Assembly (NCBI GenBank): GCA_002633005.1
Contig: NMRA01000265.1
Span: 1-64,000 of the forward strand
Origin: Phoronis australis
Taxonomy: Eukaryota > Animalia > Phoronida
Direction of reading: 5' to 3'
Length of the DNA stretch: 64,000 nt
The translations under genes were made by a program, and so were the position numbers. Numbering within the stretch: position 1 is the first letter of the stretch; each line of letters starts with the position of its first letter. Shown here piece after piece: positions 1 to 13,341 of this stretch. The notes beneath the pieces were generated by a model. The model was not told the DNA's origin and did no database searches. It saw nothing but the letters and a program-made list of their open reading frames with translations.

Positions 1-241
1 CAAAATTCTGGATCCACCCCTGCCCCCCCAAATCAAAGTCCTGGATCCACCCCTGGAGTATCTGCATTCACGAAAAGTGTGCCAAACATCAATTGTCGGT
101 CACTGAAAGACAATTTGAAATTGCTAATAATTGTCCATTGCAATCAATCGTAATTCAATTTTGTGTTATGAATTTGTTGTTCATTTTCAACAATGAAAAA
201 GTCCAATTTCTTGTCAATATTCAATAAATTTCTAACTTCAG

Positions 242-653
242 GTGCAAGTGTGGCAATTGCCAAGTTACCCCTGTGGTAGCTGAAAGAGTCTGTTGCCAAG
301 AGGTGGTAAAAGTGGTGGCAAAGCTTCAGAAAGAAGTGGAGAGAGGAGTCGTCTCTGAACCAAGAAAATGCATCACGGACTTTGCGGGTTTTGACCCCGT
401 TTGTTTAAACCCAAATGTTTTAGAGACCACCTGGGGGGAGTACAAGTTTCACTACCCTGATGGGTATGAGGGGCCATTTGAGAAGAAAATGCGGCACATC
501 GCGTATCGGCAATTTCAGCGATGGGTTCATGGATTTTTGGGACGGCGAGTCAGAGTCGTTGTGCCTGCATGTGCTGTTGCCAAGATCCGGGCACATTATC
601 CACCACCTGGCAATGAAGAGGATTTTGTTTTTACTGGTTTTTCTTTTGAGTAA
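242..653 (+). CDS. KolX accessory protein of Kolobok (P2X7 C-terminal-like Cys-rich domain), last exon
   Basis: After acceptor ttctaacttcAG (240-241) the frame reads CKCGNC...ERVCCQE...CITDFAGFDPVCLNPNVL...RHIAYRQFQRWVHGFLGRRVRVVVPACAVAKIRAHYP...FTGF*. This is the typical KolX / P2RX7_C pattern. Confidence 0.9.
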
Positions 654-3600
654 TTATTACAATGTAGAATAGAGTGTCCTTAATAAACAGTATTGTATAT
701 TTAAGCTTGTGTATTGGTAAAAGCAAAACACTTTCCACAGTATTTTCATATTACAAAATCCTTTCTATATTATAATAGCAACCACCAGCTGTGCAAAACC
801 CCCAACTGTGATGTAAACCATTCGTTAGCTATTGCTGTTATTCATTTAGATGCATAACAATTTTACATGACTGTGAAACAAAGCACCGTAAAAGTTCTAA
901 TAAGCGTCGAGTGTTTATTTTTTCAGACATGCTCAGTGGTTTTATGTAATTAGTATCTATCATACACATATCTGTTCTACGTATGCTTTGAAATTGAGAG
1001 GGATACCCTAATTTATTTCAGGGCACCTAGACCCTGATGATTATCACTTTATTACAAGTTTTACGGTAGTTCAGACTTCCTGTGTGGTGTCCATTACTGG
1101 TCAGAAGATCACTACCTTACTCTTTATGCCTGAAAACAGAATCTGGTCTTCACAGCCCTACTGTCTACGCATTGCATGGTATAGGACTAGAAATTTTGTA
1201 AACACTTAGGAGTCACTGCCCTAAACATAACCGCTAGAACACCCTATAAATAAATTAAATTTTTACTGATGTAAAAGTGCTTATTCTGCATGACATGAAT
1301 CCCGACAAAGACTCGTAACCAATATCTACTAATGTCAAAGGTATATTCAGCCCTACGTGGGTCAATACTTTGGCAATGCCTTGGAAAAATCATATAACAC
1401 AATAGTGATGCCAGTTGATTCTACATGTATTTAGTCTTGAAACATTGAATCATGATAAATGTTTCCTCAGAACATGTGTTACACTCACTGGCGAAGTTGA
1501 TTGTTTTGAGACTGGTGTCAAAACACTGAGAGGTGAAATAGGACAAACTCACTTTCTGTGGTTTTACTGTGGCCAGAATAGAGCTCACAAGTTTCACTTT
1601 AGATGTTTAAAGAGCATTATATTCCTATTATCATACATGGGCATGTCTGTTCAACATATCAGTAATAGTCCTGAGACGCTCACTGGTAGACTTGAGGATA
1701 TCTGCTCCTCATAGCTTCGGCCACTTGAAGAGTGTCCACCTCTGGATAGTCTGCCGACAGCGGCTCTGGGGCATTGGACTCTCAAGTCACGGAGACGTGA
1801 AGCAAGGTCCGGATGATCGACCAAGTAGAACATGGTCTGGATCAACTTCGAAACATATTCTGTAACAAAGTATAGTAACTGAAGGCTCCTGATTAAACCA
1901 CTTCTCAATCATGGGATTTGCACGAAAAATGGACAGGACTACAAACAGTTTTGATGACAAGTTGGTTTTGCCCATTATACTTTTCCATACAACACTGGAA
2001 ACAATTGATTTGTTATTTGTCCAGACTGTTTCTTAACAAAAGTGTACAAGAAAATAAGTGAAGTTGTGTGCTGTTTTCAGCATGGAGTCATTATGCACAT
2101 ACATTAACTAAAACAGATTAATTAATTAATATCAGTTTTGACAACTAATTCTGAATTTCGCCAGTACAAACCATATGTGGCCTCCACTCTTGCAGCACGC
2201 GCAACGGGTTGACCACCCTTTCCACGCTGAAAACTGCTCTTCAACAGTAAGGATCCATCCTGCTTCCGAGCAAAAGCTCGTCCAGCGTTTTCATTGTAGT
2301 GAAGAGTAGCCAAGATGAGTCTATTAAAAATGATATAAGAAGGTATTTGAGACCAGGGACAATTTCGAATGAACTTTGTAGTGTAATAGAGCAGAGCTTA
2401 CTATTTATCTCACTCTTCAATAACTAACCACATAATCTCTTTCTATTACGTACAAGGAGATAATATCTTGGCGGTGATGAAAATTACTACGTCTATGGAT
2501 ACAATTGCTTTAATTTATCTGCTTTTTGTGATGCTATTGCAACTCAAGATTTATTCATCCATCTTACCATTCAAACAGTAAAAGTAAAAGTCCATGATTC
2601 ACAGTTAGAATTATTATTTGACATGCAGCACTTTTCTTGGGATCATGGATTACCTGCTATTCATAGAATGAAAATGGAAGTGACGCATCTTGGGGGCAAA
2701 TTCATTCACCACGGCATGAAAAGCTTCCAGCTGTTTGGCCATGTGGTGAGAGTCTTTTCACGTCTTTTTCAAGTTGTCGGCTTTCCAGTATCTTCAGTAG
2801 TTCCTCATACAGCTGAGTACCTGTGCAAAAGTTAGATCACATAAAAGACTGAGAAACCAAAATGGCAACAACTGTACATGCCAAAAATATTCAGACAAAC
2901 TGAACCCGAATTCCCTGTCTTTGTGACTGAGCAAAAAAATCGAGGCTTTATGCAAAGTGGATTCAGCAACAATGTAGCAGTAGTGACCAGTTGTTGCGAG
3001 CGCATACAGGGAAATCGTATTTCATCCGAATTCTTTTGGCATGCACTGTATGTGAACCATCAAGCCAAGACACTAGACAATATCTATTACTGAAAATAAA
3101 CTGCTGGTAAAAATAAATGACTAAAAGATGTTGCCCAGTGGCTTTCATGAAAAGATACATGACCACATTCAAAAGAACACTCTTATTCTAAAATGTAACC
3201 AATGCATAGCAACACTACTACAGGCTATCAGTTATACCTGGCTTTAACCAGAGCTTCGGTTGCAACTCATTGTGGGCACACTTTGGAAAAAGTGGACTAT
3301 CATCATGAACATGGATGTCCATAATGTGGTTAGATAGACTTCTCCACTTCTCCAACGCCAATTCGCCATTTCCGTCGCTGGACATGGCACACCAGTAGAG
3401 ATGGTTATTGATAGCTGGGCACCAGGACTTTACATCAGGGTACTTCTTCCCCACTGCAACCAACTTTTTGTTCAGGCCTATAATAAAGCAATACTTGTCA
3501 CTTTATCTGAAAACCATTGCATATCTCGTGAACATCAGGCCACATATCCTTGAAATATCACAGTTTTAGAAGAAGTTGGGCTGTTTCTATTAGGCCACAT

Positions 3601-5914
3601 ATCCTTGAAATATCAAGTTTTAGTTGATGTTTTGCTGTTCTGTAGTTTTATACTTTATTGGAGTCTTCCCTTCACTACCAGTTGATCTGGATTGTTTTCC
3701 AATTTCCACCAAAGTACTACTACAATTGTGCGCAAGACAATATCAAGTAGTATTTTGACAAGTCAAAGGAGCAAAGGCAAGACCACAGTCAATCAGAAAC
3801 ATTTCGCCTGCCAATTACCTTTGGAAACATGCCAGATGTCAAAAAAATTATCATCAGGCATCCAGTAGTCCCTGATCCACGCATTAATTTGAGGGTGACG
3901 ATCTGTAGCTATGGTGACTTTTGCTGGTGAAGCCTTTGCAAATAACTTATGCTTGCACCTCTTCAACCCCTCCAACTCCATATTATAGGAGCCACCAACC
4001 TCATTTTTCTGTAAGCAAGAGTATAATGAAGTATAATATGTGCCCACATTGGTGTATCAGAAATGACACAGCTACAAGAATGATTCATTAACTTCAAGTA
4101 CGAAATCGAGTTGATATCTTAAAGTTACTTAAATTTAAGCTCAACATGGCAGATAAACAAAATTTTATTTCTTAACAAAAACAATGTGCCTCATGGCTTG
4201 CATTAACAACACAAAGTATTTAATTTACAAAGTAGTAGCACTTTGAAAGTATAAGTGATATTTGGCTGCACTTGAAAAATGTTAATTTAACCAAATAATA
4301 TGTCAAACATGACGAGCAGAGCATCAGTAGACTCTAAGTCCGACACAAAGGGAGTAATGGTGGATTACTTTACTTACAACAGTTTCTTTACTCAACATAT
4401 AAAGGTTAACCTTTTTAGTATGCCGTGACATGTGTATTACCTGTACAAGCTCCATTGCTAAGATTTTGTTGCGCTCAAGGTCCATCAGCGTGTAACTCCC
4501 ATATTTTGCAGTATGACCAGGGCTAAAATATGACGTGACGGCAATGAGAATCGGTCAGATTATTATTATATTAAAAGACATCTGAATTAAGATATTATTC
4601 TACTTTCACTGCAGAATACATAACCAGACTATTCATTATCGTTATCATGAAAGCAATTCACTGCAATGAAAGAAAATAGATATATGTCACAAAATGAGAA
4701 AACAGTATATTTCCAAGATTAGTCTATGTGAAAAAATATTTTGTCACTTCTAACGATCAGGCTATGATTTGCAGCACAGAGCACAGACCTTCAAAGCAAT
4801 CAGCAAATTATTATGTACATAACTGCTATCCTAACACTTAAAGAGTTTCTAATTTATCATACCCGTCCTGATATGAACAGGAAGTAACCACTGCAGTACT
4901 AACCAACAAAATATAGCGAGTAATTACCTGTCACATCTTGCGTCGCCTCCTATGAGTATTTCAGGAGGTAAGCTGAGGAGTAGCTCCTCCTGCTGGTCGC
5001 CCCACTCTTTTTCTAGAGCGTCATGAAGAAACAGACACTGGTGCCGGAAGAAGGTGTTGTTCTGATACATCTTGATTCCAAAGAATCTAAGCAGGTTCTG
5101 TACCTTGGAGATCGAACAGCCACTAAACAGGGTGGCAGCCGACAGCAGAAGATTCCCCTCGGGGTAGTCCTGAACGAATGGCTGCAATGCCATATGTAAC
5201 CAGGACAGCTGACACGGGTGCAGCTTTGTTGAATAACAACCAATGTACCGATCATTTTTATGATCTGGGGAGAAACCTTCTTCCTGCACACCCGGCAAAC
5301 ATCAAAGAGCTTCAAGAGACATGTTTCATGCACGATGTACTTCCGATGGCCATCAGACTCGATAAAGTCTGTCTTGGGTAATTTTCTGAAAAACATGATA
5401 AATGCAATGTTTAAGTACATTTGTATTTCATAGACAAAATGTCAAAATTAACAAGGGCTTCTGTAAATTATTATAAATACCACAGAAACCTAGGCAGGAT
5501 AAGTGGCTAACACAAACACTAACCATCAAGGCAACTATAAACAAAGTTTCAGTTGTGACTGGTAAAGATCTGCTTATTTCTCAGACATGCCATTTTCAGA
5601 TCCACTTATTGTGTACCAGACTAACTAGTCATTGCTGATGTCACGCATGTAGCACGTGCAACTATAAGCAAAATAACTATAATGTTTTTGCAAGATTTTT
5701 GCAACTCAAATGTCTCACATGCAGGCAATTGTGTCGAAGTTCTGCAATTAGGAGCAGCTCCGTAATTAGGGGCGTGAGCTCATGTATGGAGTTTTGCGAC
5801 AGAAGCTTACTTGGGCCGCTTTTCTGGGCTGGACTCCTCTTCAGATGAAGGAGCGTACGACGAGCCTGAATCTGGTGATTCCAACTGAGACTCCAGAGGT
5901 ATTAGGGGTGGGGA

Positions 5915-6525
5915 AGACTCTGTGGTGGCTGGGAGAGGAGAAGACTCTGTGTTGACCAGGGAAGACTCTGCGGTGACCAGGGAAGATTCAGTGGCGACCA
6001 GGGAAGACTCTGTGGTGACCAGGGAAGACTCTGTGTTGACCAGGGAAGACTCTGTGGTTACCACGGAAGTTTCAGTGGCGACCAGGGAAGACTCTGTGGT
6101 TACCANNNNNNNNNNNNNNNNNNNNNNNNNNNNNNNNNNNNNNNNNNNNNNNNNNNNNNNNNNNNNNNNNNNNNNNNNNNNNNNNNNNNNNNNNNNNNNN
6201 NNNNNNNNNNNNNNNNNNNNNNNNNNNNNNNNNNNNNNNNNNNNNNNNNNNNNNNNNNNNNNNNNNNNNNNNNNNNNNNNNNNNNNNNNNNNNNNNNNNN
6301 NNNNNNNNNNNNNNNNNNNNNNNNNNNNNNNNNNNNNNNNNNNNNNNNNNNNNNNNNNNNNNNNNNNNNNNNNNNNNNNNACTCTGTGGTTACCACGGAA
6401 GACTCTGTGGTGATCAGGGAAGACTCTGTGGTTCACCACGGAAGACTCTGTGGTGATCAGGGAAGACTCTGTGGTTACCACGGAAGACTCTGTGGTGATC
6501 AGGGAAGATTCTGTGGTGACCAAGG
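5915..6525 (-). repeat. 21-bp coding minisatellite (VTTESSL-type heptapeptide) in transposase exon 4, spanning assembly gap 6106-6380
   Basis: Unit GGAAGACTCTGTGGTGACCAG and variants repeat on both sides of the N run. Confidence 0.95.
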
Positions 6526-8539
6526 ACAATGTGGTGCACGTTTCAAGCTCTACCTCAACATGCAAGGGCGGCACAAGCACTGGAGTTGATGGAGCAGCCA
6601 CAGAAGATGACAGCAAATGTTCCCTCTCGATCCACCCTTCAAGGTCACTACCTGAAAAAATTAAAAAGTTCTAGAAAATGACATTTGGGGAATAGTGTTG
6701 ACGAGCCCAAAAACCACCAATCATCTGAGTTAGAGAAACCAGTGCTTTAGATCAAATCCTTCGTTTATGTATTATGGCCAGAGCACCGTTTTTCAGCAAT
6801 TTCGAAGCAACATAGAGTGCCAACTAAATTTGGCTCGTAACCAGCAAGAATCCATGGGGCCCATAAGGTATGAACTCCCATTTTATAGCTTTTGTACAGT
6901 TGTTACTGAGGACTATAAATTGTGCCCTATATGCCCGTCAATTGTAACAAACTCTGCTCATTAGCCTGGATCTACGAATAGCCTACAAATGAAATATACT
7001 TTCAAGCAAACTCAGTAATTAAGTATTTGTAAAAGAGAGGCGCTCTACTCTATGGTCATTCAAACAAATTACCAGCAATTTCTGTTTGCGTCTCTGCATC
7101 TCGCCTGATGGGCTCTATGATGATTTGCGTGTCCCAAGAGCACCGAAGGCCAGATGAGGAAGATATCGATGAAGGGGTATCTGCATGCGTGACAGTATGA
7201 GGCGCCGTAGATCGTTTCTGTTTGGCTATCGAACGGACCTCTTCGCGAATCTAAACAAATGGAAGACAAAAAAGTGATGTAAGTTCAAAAAAGTAAAAAA
7301 TAACAGTTTGTTATAGAGCAACATGAGCACAACAACCAACAATACTTTTAATGGTAAACCCGGTATAATTGATTAAAAACTCTTCAAAATTAAACTATAC
7401 CAGGTTTACCTTCAATAAGTATTTTTATTTCTACTTATATCTATTTCTGGTAACGGCTTGCTACAATTTTTCTAACAATAACTAACCATATCCATCCAAA
7501 AAGCAAACTCTCAAAGACATCCACTTATAAAAGTTACACTTTATAATTAACCTACCCTTGCAGACTCAAGTTTCCTTGAAACCAAAGATCTCTGCCGCTT
7601 CGGACTCCCAGAAAAGGCAGACACTTTCTGGGAATGCAGGGTTGGTTTCCGTGATTTCACATGCAGTGAAGGGACACTGCCCGGAAGTAAGCGAAGACGA
7701 CTGCAAAACAAATATCCGAGTTTAAAAGCTGAATTGAGCCTGCGGTATAATCAACCAGGATCACTCATATATTAATTAGACAAAGCATGTTTTGCAAGAC
7801 ACGCAAGGGTTCAATATGCCTCCTTTATTTGCATTTCATTCCTGTAATGCAGTGTACTGGACGATAAGAACCATCCCAGACAAAAAGCACATTGATTTAC
7901 TTACCAATCACAACAGGCATTACTACATTACTATCCTCAACACATTACTGCCTGTTACAACCACGACTCCAACAAAACTACAGACGGTGAGTGCGCTCAC
8001 CTTAGACATTTCAATTGTTGACATGAAAAACACTTTTCATTGCACAATGATTAGAGTAATTAAATCGCACCAAAAACTGGGATGGGTGGTAAATGAACGC
8101 CGCATGGGGGAGGCAGACAACAGGGAGTAGGGATTAGTGAACATATAGCATCCACAGTAGGGAAGTATCTTTTATAACGTAGCTTGAATGCTATACTTAT
8201 GTCTGAGAGTGACCCCCGGAATCAATTCACATTGCTCAGTACACTACCGTATAGTGACTACAAGAGCTGCAGAATCCTTGAAAAACAAAAAGATAGGCCA
8301 CACAATAGGCTACTTCTATAGTGTGTGTCAGACACTGAACAAGCTGATGCGAGTAATCTAATCAATGATACTAAAGTAATGACAATGCCAGGCAGCTTGT
8401 TTACCAAACTGCCAGTGAATCTTAGCTTGGACTGAGGTGCATGTCGATGACCTGCTCACCAACCAGTTTCACGAGATACCCGTAGACGTAGTAACTATTT
8501 TATATATTTGTTATTGAAAAAATAATAAAATGCACTCAC

Positions 8540-10943
8540 CAGTGGCGGATCTACGGGGGGTTCAGGGGGTTTAAGCCCCCCCTCGGGCCAGGACCCAAAA
8601 ATTTAAAAAAAAAAAACAAAAGCGTCTCCAGCAAAACAAAAACAGCACCGCCAGCGTGTGTTAACTCCAAGTAAACCAACTTGGAAAAAATTGAGGGGGG
8701 TTCACTCTGAAAATATAGTTTTTTGCATTGTGAATTGCTGAGTCTTTGTGGCTCATCGGCAAAACGCGCGGGGATTTATTGTGCGCGCGCTTCCGTCGAC
8801 ACTTCTGAAGTAGCCAAGCATTTTAGATGGATTCACCGCTGAAAGAGCAGTTCTAAAGCTGATTCTTTAGGTAACTAGCTTCTTTACTCTAAGATATATT
8901 TTGATTTGATTAGGGGAAATACTGCGGTGCTGCAACCCTGATATTCAGGCGAATTGACGTGCAACGTTTTTACCTCATCTGTCATGCCGTGTCATTCTAT
9001 TACACTCAACACGTTTGTAACTGGTGTATAGTAAAGTTGTCTTGCGCAATATCATACAGTGTACATGTACATGTTCATGTAATATTGTGTACATGTACAT
9101 GTAATATTTTTGAAAAAAATTCTTTTTCCGAAGAATTGCTATTGTGGCGGGCGCCGTGGTCTGGTCGCGAGTCCGTTTGAAGACTCACTCTATAGCAAGT
9201 TATGTCTATACAAAGAATGACCAAGGGGGCACTCACATTGAGAAAGTGACCGCATTCGCGAAAAGTGTAGAGTACCAGAAATTGCGGGGAGGCTGTTCTT
9301 TCACAACAAAGTCTTGCGGGACTCGTGCAATGTTCAATAGGCCTCCTAAGGAGCCCTAGTTCCGACCTCAACACCTACCGTCTGTCTACCTGCAATAAGC
9401 ACATTGCCGTCTTCTATACTGGGAATTTCCGCAGAAAGGCTCATCCGATGAAACGCTCATGCCCATGGGCATTTATTTGATATTATTACTTCGGGTTTCA
9501 AGCGTTCAGGCATTGGGACGTTTATTTCGAAAATTGCAAGAGATGCAAATAAGTCCTGGGATTCTTTGTCAAGGTTTAAAGTAGTCCATGATGAACGGAT
9601 CAAATTTAGTTGCACATGTAAGTCTTTTGAATGGACTTGGCAACCTCAAGGGTCTTAGTATCAACTGAGCTGCGAAACGACGTGCTGACATTGTAGAGGC
9701 TTACAAGCTCATTGACACAGCAGTTGACGAAGTGCAAGCGTTGGGAACAAACATCGAAGATATCTGGGTAGAATGGTTCCAAGACGAGCAAATCCTTGGA
9801 TCCGATATAAAAATTCCTCGGCAGTCTAGACAACAGAAAGATAGGACTAACGTATGAGTAACCACTGGGGATTAAAATTTTAGAGAGAAGTTTTCAATTC
9901 AAAATTTTTTGCATAGTACGCTTTAGGTCTCGCGACGGACCACGCCAGCTTGATTTGTGAAGATGTTGAGTTTCAGTGTACTTTTGGTCCCTCGGCGAAC
10001 TAGTCTTGTGATTTTTTTTACCAAAGTGTGCTTTGTAAAACTATTTATCTCAGCCAGTACTGTTTGGTCCCGCGACAGATCGACTACTTTTATACGGATA
10101 ATAAGCACAGGTCAATGTACTCTTGGTCTCGTGACGGACCAGGTCAGCTTTTTGTGTACTCTCAGTGTACATCTGGTCCCTCAGCAAACTAGTCCAGTGT
10201 ATCTTTTCACCACTGTGCACAGGATGTCTTGATTTCGTGAAACTGTTTCAGATGATTTGTTTCCTGATAGATTTGACGTTTTTCAATTGTTGTCAACGTG
10301 ATTCAGCTTAATAAAGTGATACCTAATTATTCATTGTCGCTTTTAATAATAGACTATGAGTTGAGAGCACCATCGTTCGCCAGTTTTTTCTCGTAACGAG
10401 ACAGAACACATGTTTATTTCCGGACTAACAGTACAGGTCTTCGTTCTTAAACAACTTGAGGCTGCTGTTACGCGATCATCTCTGATATTCAATTTTTTAC
10501 GCCCCGTCGGTGCTCCTTAATTATGCTCTTGAATATTTGGAATTTGTCTAAGCCCCTGTATACACACCACACTTTTCGTATACGACTTTTCGTATGCTAA
10601 AACAGGTGTGTGTAAGCAGATGTTCCAACAAAAATTTTTGCTGGTGGCGTGACTCATACCCAGATGTGCACAATATGGTTTCACGAAACTTATGTGCCAA
10701 GTTCATGTGACGAAATCGAGAACGGTTTTTAATTGTCTTGAGAAAAACTCCAGAGACATGTTAAGTGACAGAAACTTACCAGGATGCATGGAAATTTCAC
10801 TATTTGGCTACAAAAACAAAAAAATATCTTACACGGGAGGGGAAACCTCCCTCCCGACCTCCCCCGCTCGGCGCTATGCGCCTAGGATTCGACCTTGGCG
10901 GGAATCCTAAACCCCCCTTGCTGAAAACGTAGATCCGCCACTG
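8540..10943 (+). mobile_element. Internally deleted hAT-type DNA transposon nested in Kolobok intron 1
   Basis: Perfect 16-bp TIRs CAGTGGCGGATCTACG (8540-8555) and CGTAGATCCGCCACTG (10928-10943), with a 5-bp TSD CTCAC (8535-8539, 10944-10948). A decayed + strand peptide at about 9625-9855 (LKGLSIN*..ADIVEAYKLIDTAVDEVQ..IKIPRQSRQQKDRTN) resembles THAP12/ZMYM1-like hAT transposases. Internal repeats at about 9920-10200. Confidence 0.85.
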
Positions 10944-12543
10944 CTCACTAAGTGGCCAGACCTTCATCGTAACGTTTCCTCTGACTGGAGTCGAAACACG
11001 AGTCCTCAAAGTGGGCAGAACAAAGAGTGGCACCGGACCGAATCGCTTGGTCCACGCTGAGGTCCCACACTCTCGTTCGGCGCACGAAGCGATGCCATTT
11101 CTGCGCAAGTTTGACGTCCTTTGGAAATTTGAAAACCGAGACGTTCTCCGTCTGGCTGCTGTTGCTGCAGCCTCCGCAAATACATCTTTTCATCCCTCTA
11201 CGAGCCTTCTCGACGCTAAATATACTTTGCTTTCACTCCACTCTGTACACTGTGTCTCTAATCCAAATAATATGGCGAACGACTTGGGTTCAACCCATGA
11301 CGTCAACATGTTTATTATTTTTTTTTAAATTTGCGTGTTTCTTTACGAGTTGTGCACTAATGGCACTGAAATTAAGTAAGATATATTAATAAAATTTATT
11401 TTGAGGTACTATAGTCATGTTGTGTACACTTTAAATTACAGGACTGTCAGCATTTGTGAAATATTGTACACTTCGTATTTTAGGATTGCAAGATAATCAT
11501 TATGTGACATTTATTTCTTGCAAATATGAGTCGAAAATGCAAAGTGCAGATGCAGTATCAGAGGTCAGTTGTCAGAGCGGAAAAGGTTGGTGAATGACTG
11601 AAACAGTCACGAGCAGTGCTTATATTCTACGTTGGCATATGCTACAGAGCTTACAATTTACTGGTTGTAATCACTTTTGCAAGATCTGAATGACGAGAAG
11701 TCACATTTCAATAACCAGTTGGTGTGGTTGTATAATATATAATTTTCGCTTGATCATTTAATTCTGGGGATAACGAATAACTGACCATGCACTTTTATGA
11801 AGACTGCATAATGTCTGACACCAGTATTCCATTGAGGTACTACTGTAACCGAAACTTAGAAAAAGAATTATGCTTTGCTATGCAGATCCATAGCTCTGTT
11901 CTTTCTGCAAAGATTTTTCTAATGTGGCTGGATTTGTCAAATGGAATCTATTTGTCGCTCTGGCATTCCGTTCTTGAGATATTCAAGATTTACTGGTCAG
12001 ACTTCTTTCCCTTTATTATTTCCTTATTTCTATCTGCACTTTTGTTAGTCCATCATATTCGAGCCGGAGGTTGCATTTTTGTCTGGTCTACATGAAATTT
12101 TTACACGCTGTTTATCTCGTCAATAACTTAAGGACTATAAATATTTTTGGTGAAATTGGATAGAAGATAACACTATCTTGACAGCTATTTTCAAATAATC
12201 CCGTGTGGAACGCCCAAGTTCCTGAGCATCACAATCCTTGATAGAAACTTTTGAAATGTTGTGCGTATAGACCGTCTGCAATATCTTGTTGGTTTCTCAC
12301 TACGACTTGCTATTCTTCCATTATCTGACGACTACTCTTTTACCAACTTGTTCCGCTATGCACTTTTAATGACTTTTCATTTACTTTACGTTGGTGTCTT
12401 AGGCATTGGGGTTGTCGGTGTTCTTGATTTTGCTAAATGTTGCTTCTAAGAACTCTTTGAGATTGTGTTGATATTGAGTGAATCGGCTTCTTAATTTGGA
12501 ATTAAAGTTTTTAATTTTTTAGGTGTTATTCAATATTACCTGA

Positions 12544-13341
12544 GGGCTGTTCCAGTAAAATCAGTGTTACGGCAGCAGAAATAAAAATTCATGGGTGGTG
12601 GTCTTCAGAAAAAAACTCAAATTATGGGTGGTCGTTCCTGTAAGAAGTGATGCATTAAAAATAGGTGGTATTTTTTGACCTGTTAATGTTGACAGCTTGG
12701 TTACTTCAGCGGTCAAAACTCAAAAAATGCAATTGGCATTTTTCCTAACTTATCCCAATACAAATAAGCCCATATTGCCAGTGAACAGAGTGCAATATGT
12801 TCACTATGCCATTAATCAAGTCATGGGCAACTTGATTTGAGCCAACTGTTTGTCTGCAGTCCTATTGAATTGAAAAGTTATGCAACACTAAACTGGTGTT
12901 AACACATATAAGAAAATTGATGATTTTTAAATAAAAAGTATGAGGAGTAAGATAAACAAGTTCCAATATTTACTTGACATAGAAGTATAAAAGAGTTCGT
13001 GGAGACAGTTTGAGATTCATAGATCCTTATAATTGAAAAAAAATGTTCATTGAAATTAGAACAGACACCTGGTGGCTGCCAAAAGTATTGCTCACAGGCT
13101 ACTTTAGTTTTTGACAATATTGGACTAGACAACTAGTTCTTGTCTGTCAATCATCTAAGTTCTTAACAGGTCATCCTGGAGGCAATTTGTTTGCAAGTGT
13201 TGGATTTTATATTTTAACCTATTAAAAATAATTAAAAAATTATGGGTCATGGGTTGGAGAAATAAATGAAAAATATGGGCAGTGTGTACGAAATAAAAGT
13301 GCCTTCCGTCCCCTCCCATACAGATTTTGCTGGAACAGCCC
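12544..13341. mobile_element. Non-autonomous PIF/Harbinger-like element (MITE)
   Basis: TIR GGGCTGTTCCAGYAAAATC at both ends (1 mismatch in 19 bp), flanked by a 3-bp TGA duplication (12541-12543, 13342-13344). Confidence 0.8.

Larger units (their letters stand above)
1680..11193 (-). pseudogene. Kolobok transposase (N-terminal THAP, DDE core), 11 exons, frameshifted
   Basis: GT-AG exons traced by hand: 11193-10949, 7700-7556, 7250-7073, 6651-5811, 5385-4928, 4522-4441, 4008-3819, 3477-3238, 2820-2654, 2320-2172, 1859-1680. Motifs: THAP (CICGGC..FKFP..W..LCSAHF..RLLPGSVPS), GNLLLSAATLFSG, GDARCDSPGHTAKYGSY, TDRH, FDIWH, NHLYWCA, LEAFH..FAPK, LATLHYNEN. Apparent frameshifts near 5185, 2730 and 1780. 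Confidence 0.85.
1..11430 (-). mobile_element. Kolobok-superfamily DNA transposon; other end lies left of the window
   Basis: A THAP + DDE transposase (- strand) and a Cys-rich KolX gene (+ strand) are arranged tail to tail, the Kolobok hallmark. About 240 bp upstream of the transposase ATG the sequence reads ...CATGTTGTGTACACT|TTAA (11430|11431-11434), a 5'-AG terminus next to a TTAA target site. The matching TIR is outside the window. Confidence 0.85.

Noticed and set aside
242-653. P2X7 purinoceptor gene
   Set aside because: Only the Cys-rich domain is present, convergent with a Kolobok transposase, so it is KolX. No channel exons are visible.
5915-6525. CRISPR-like array
   Set aside because: Head-to-tail 21-mers with no unique spacers, in a eukaryotic exon.
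10948-11193. Stand-alone 81-aa THAP protein
   Set aside because: The apparent TAG stop overlaps a GTGAG donor, and splicing to 7700 completes the THAP domain and continues into the transposase.
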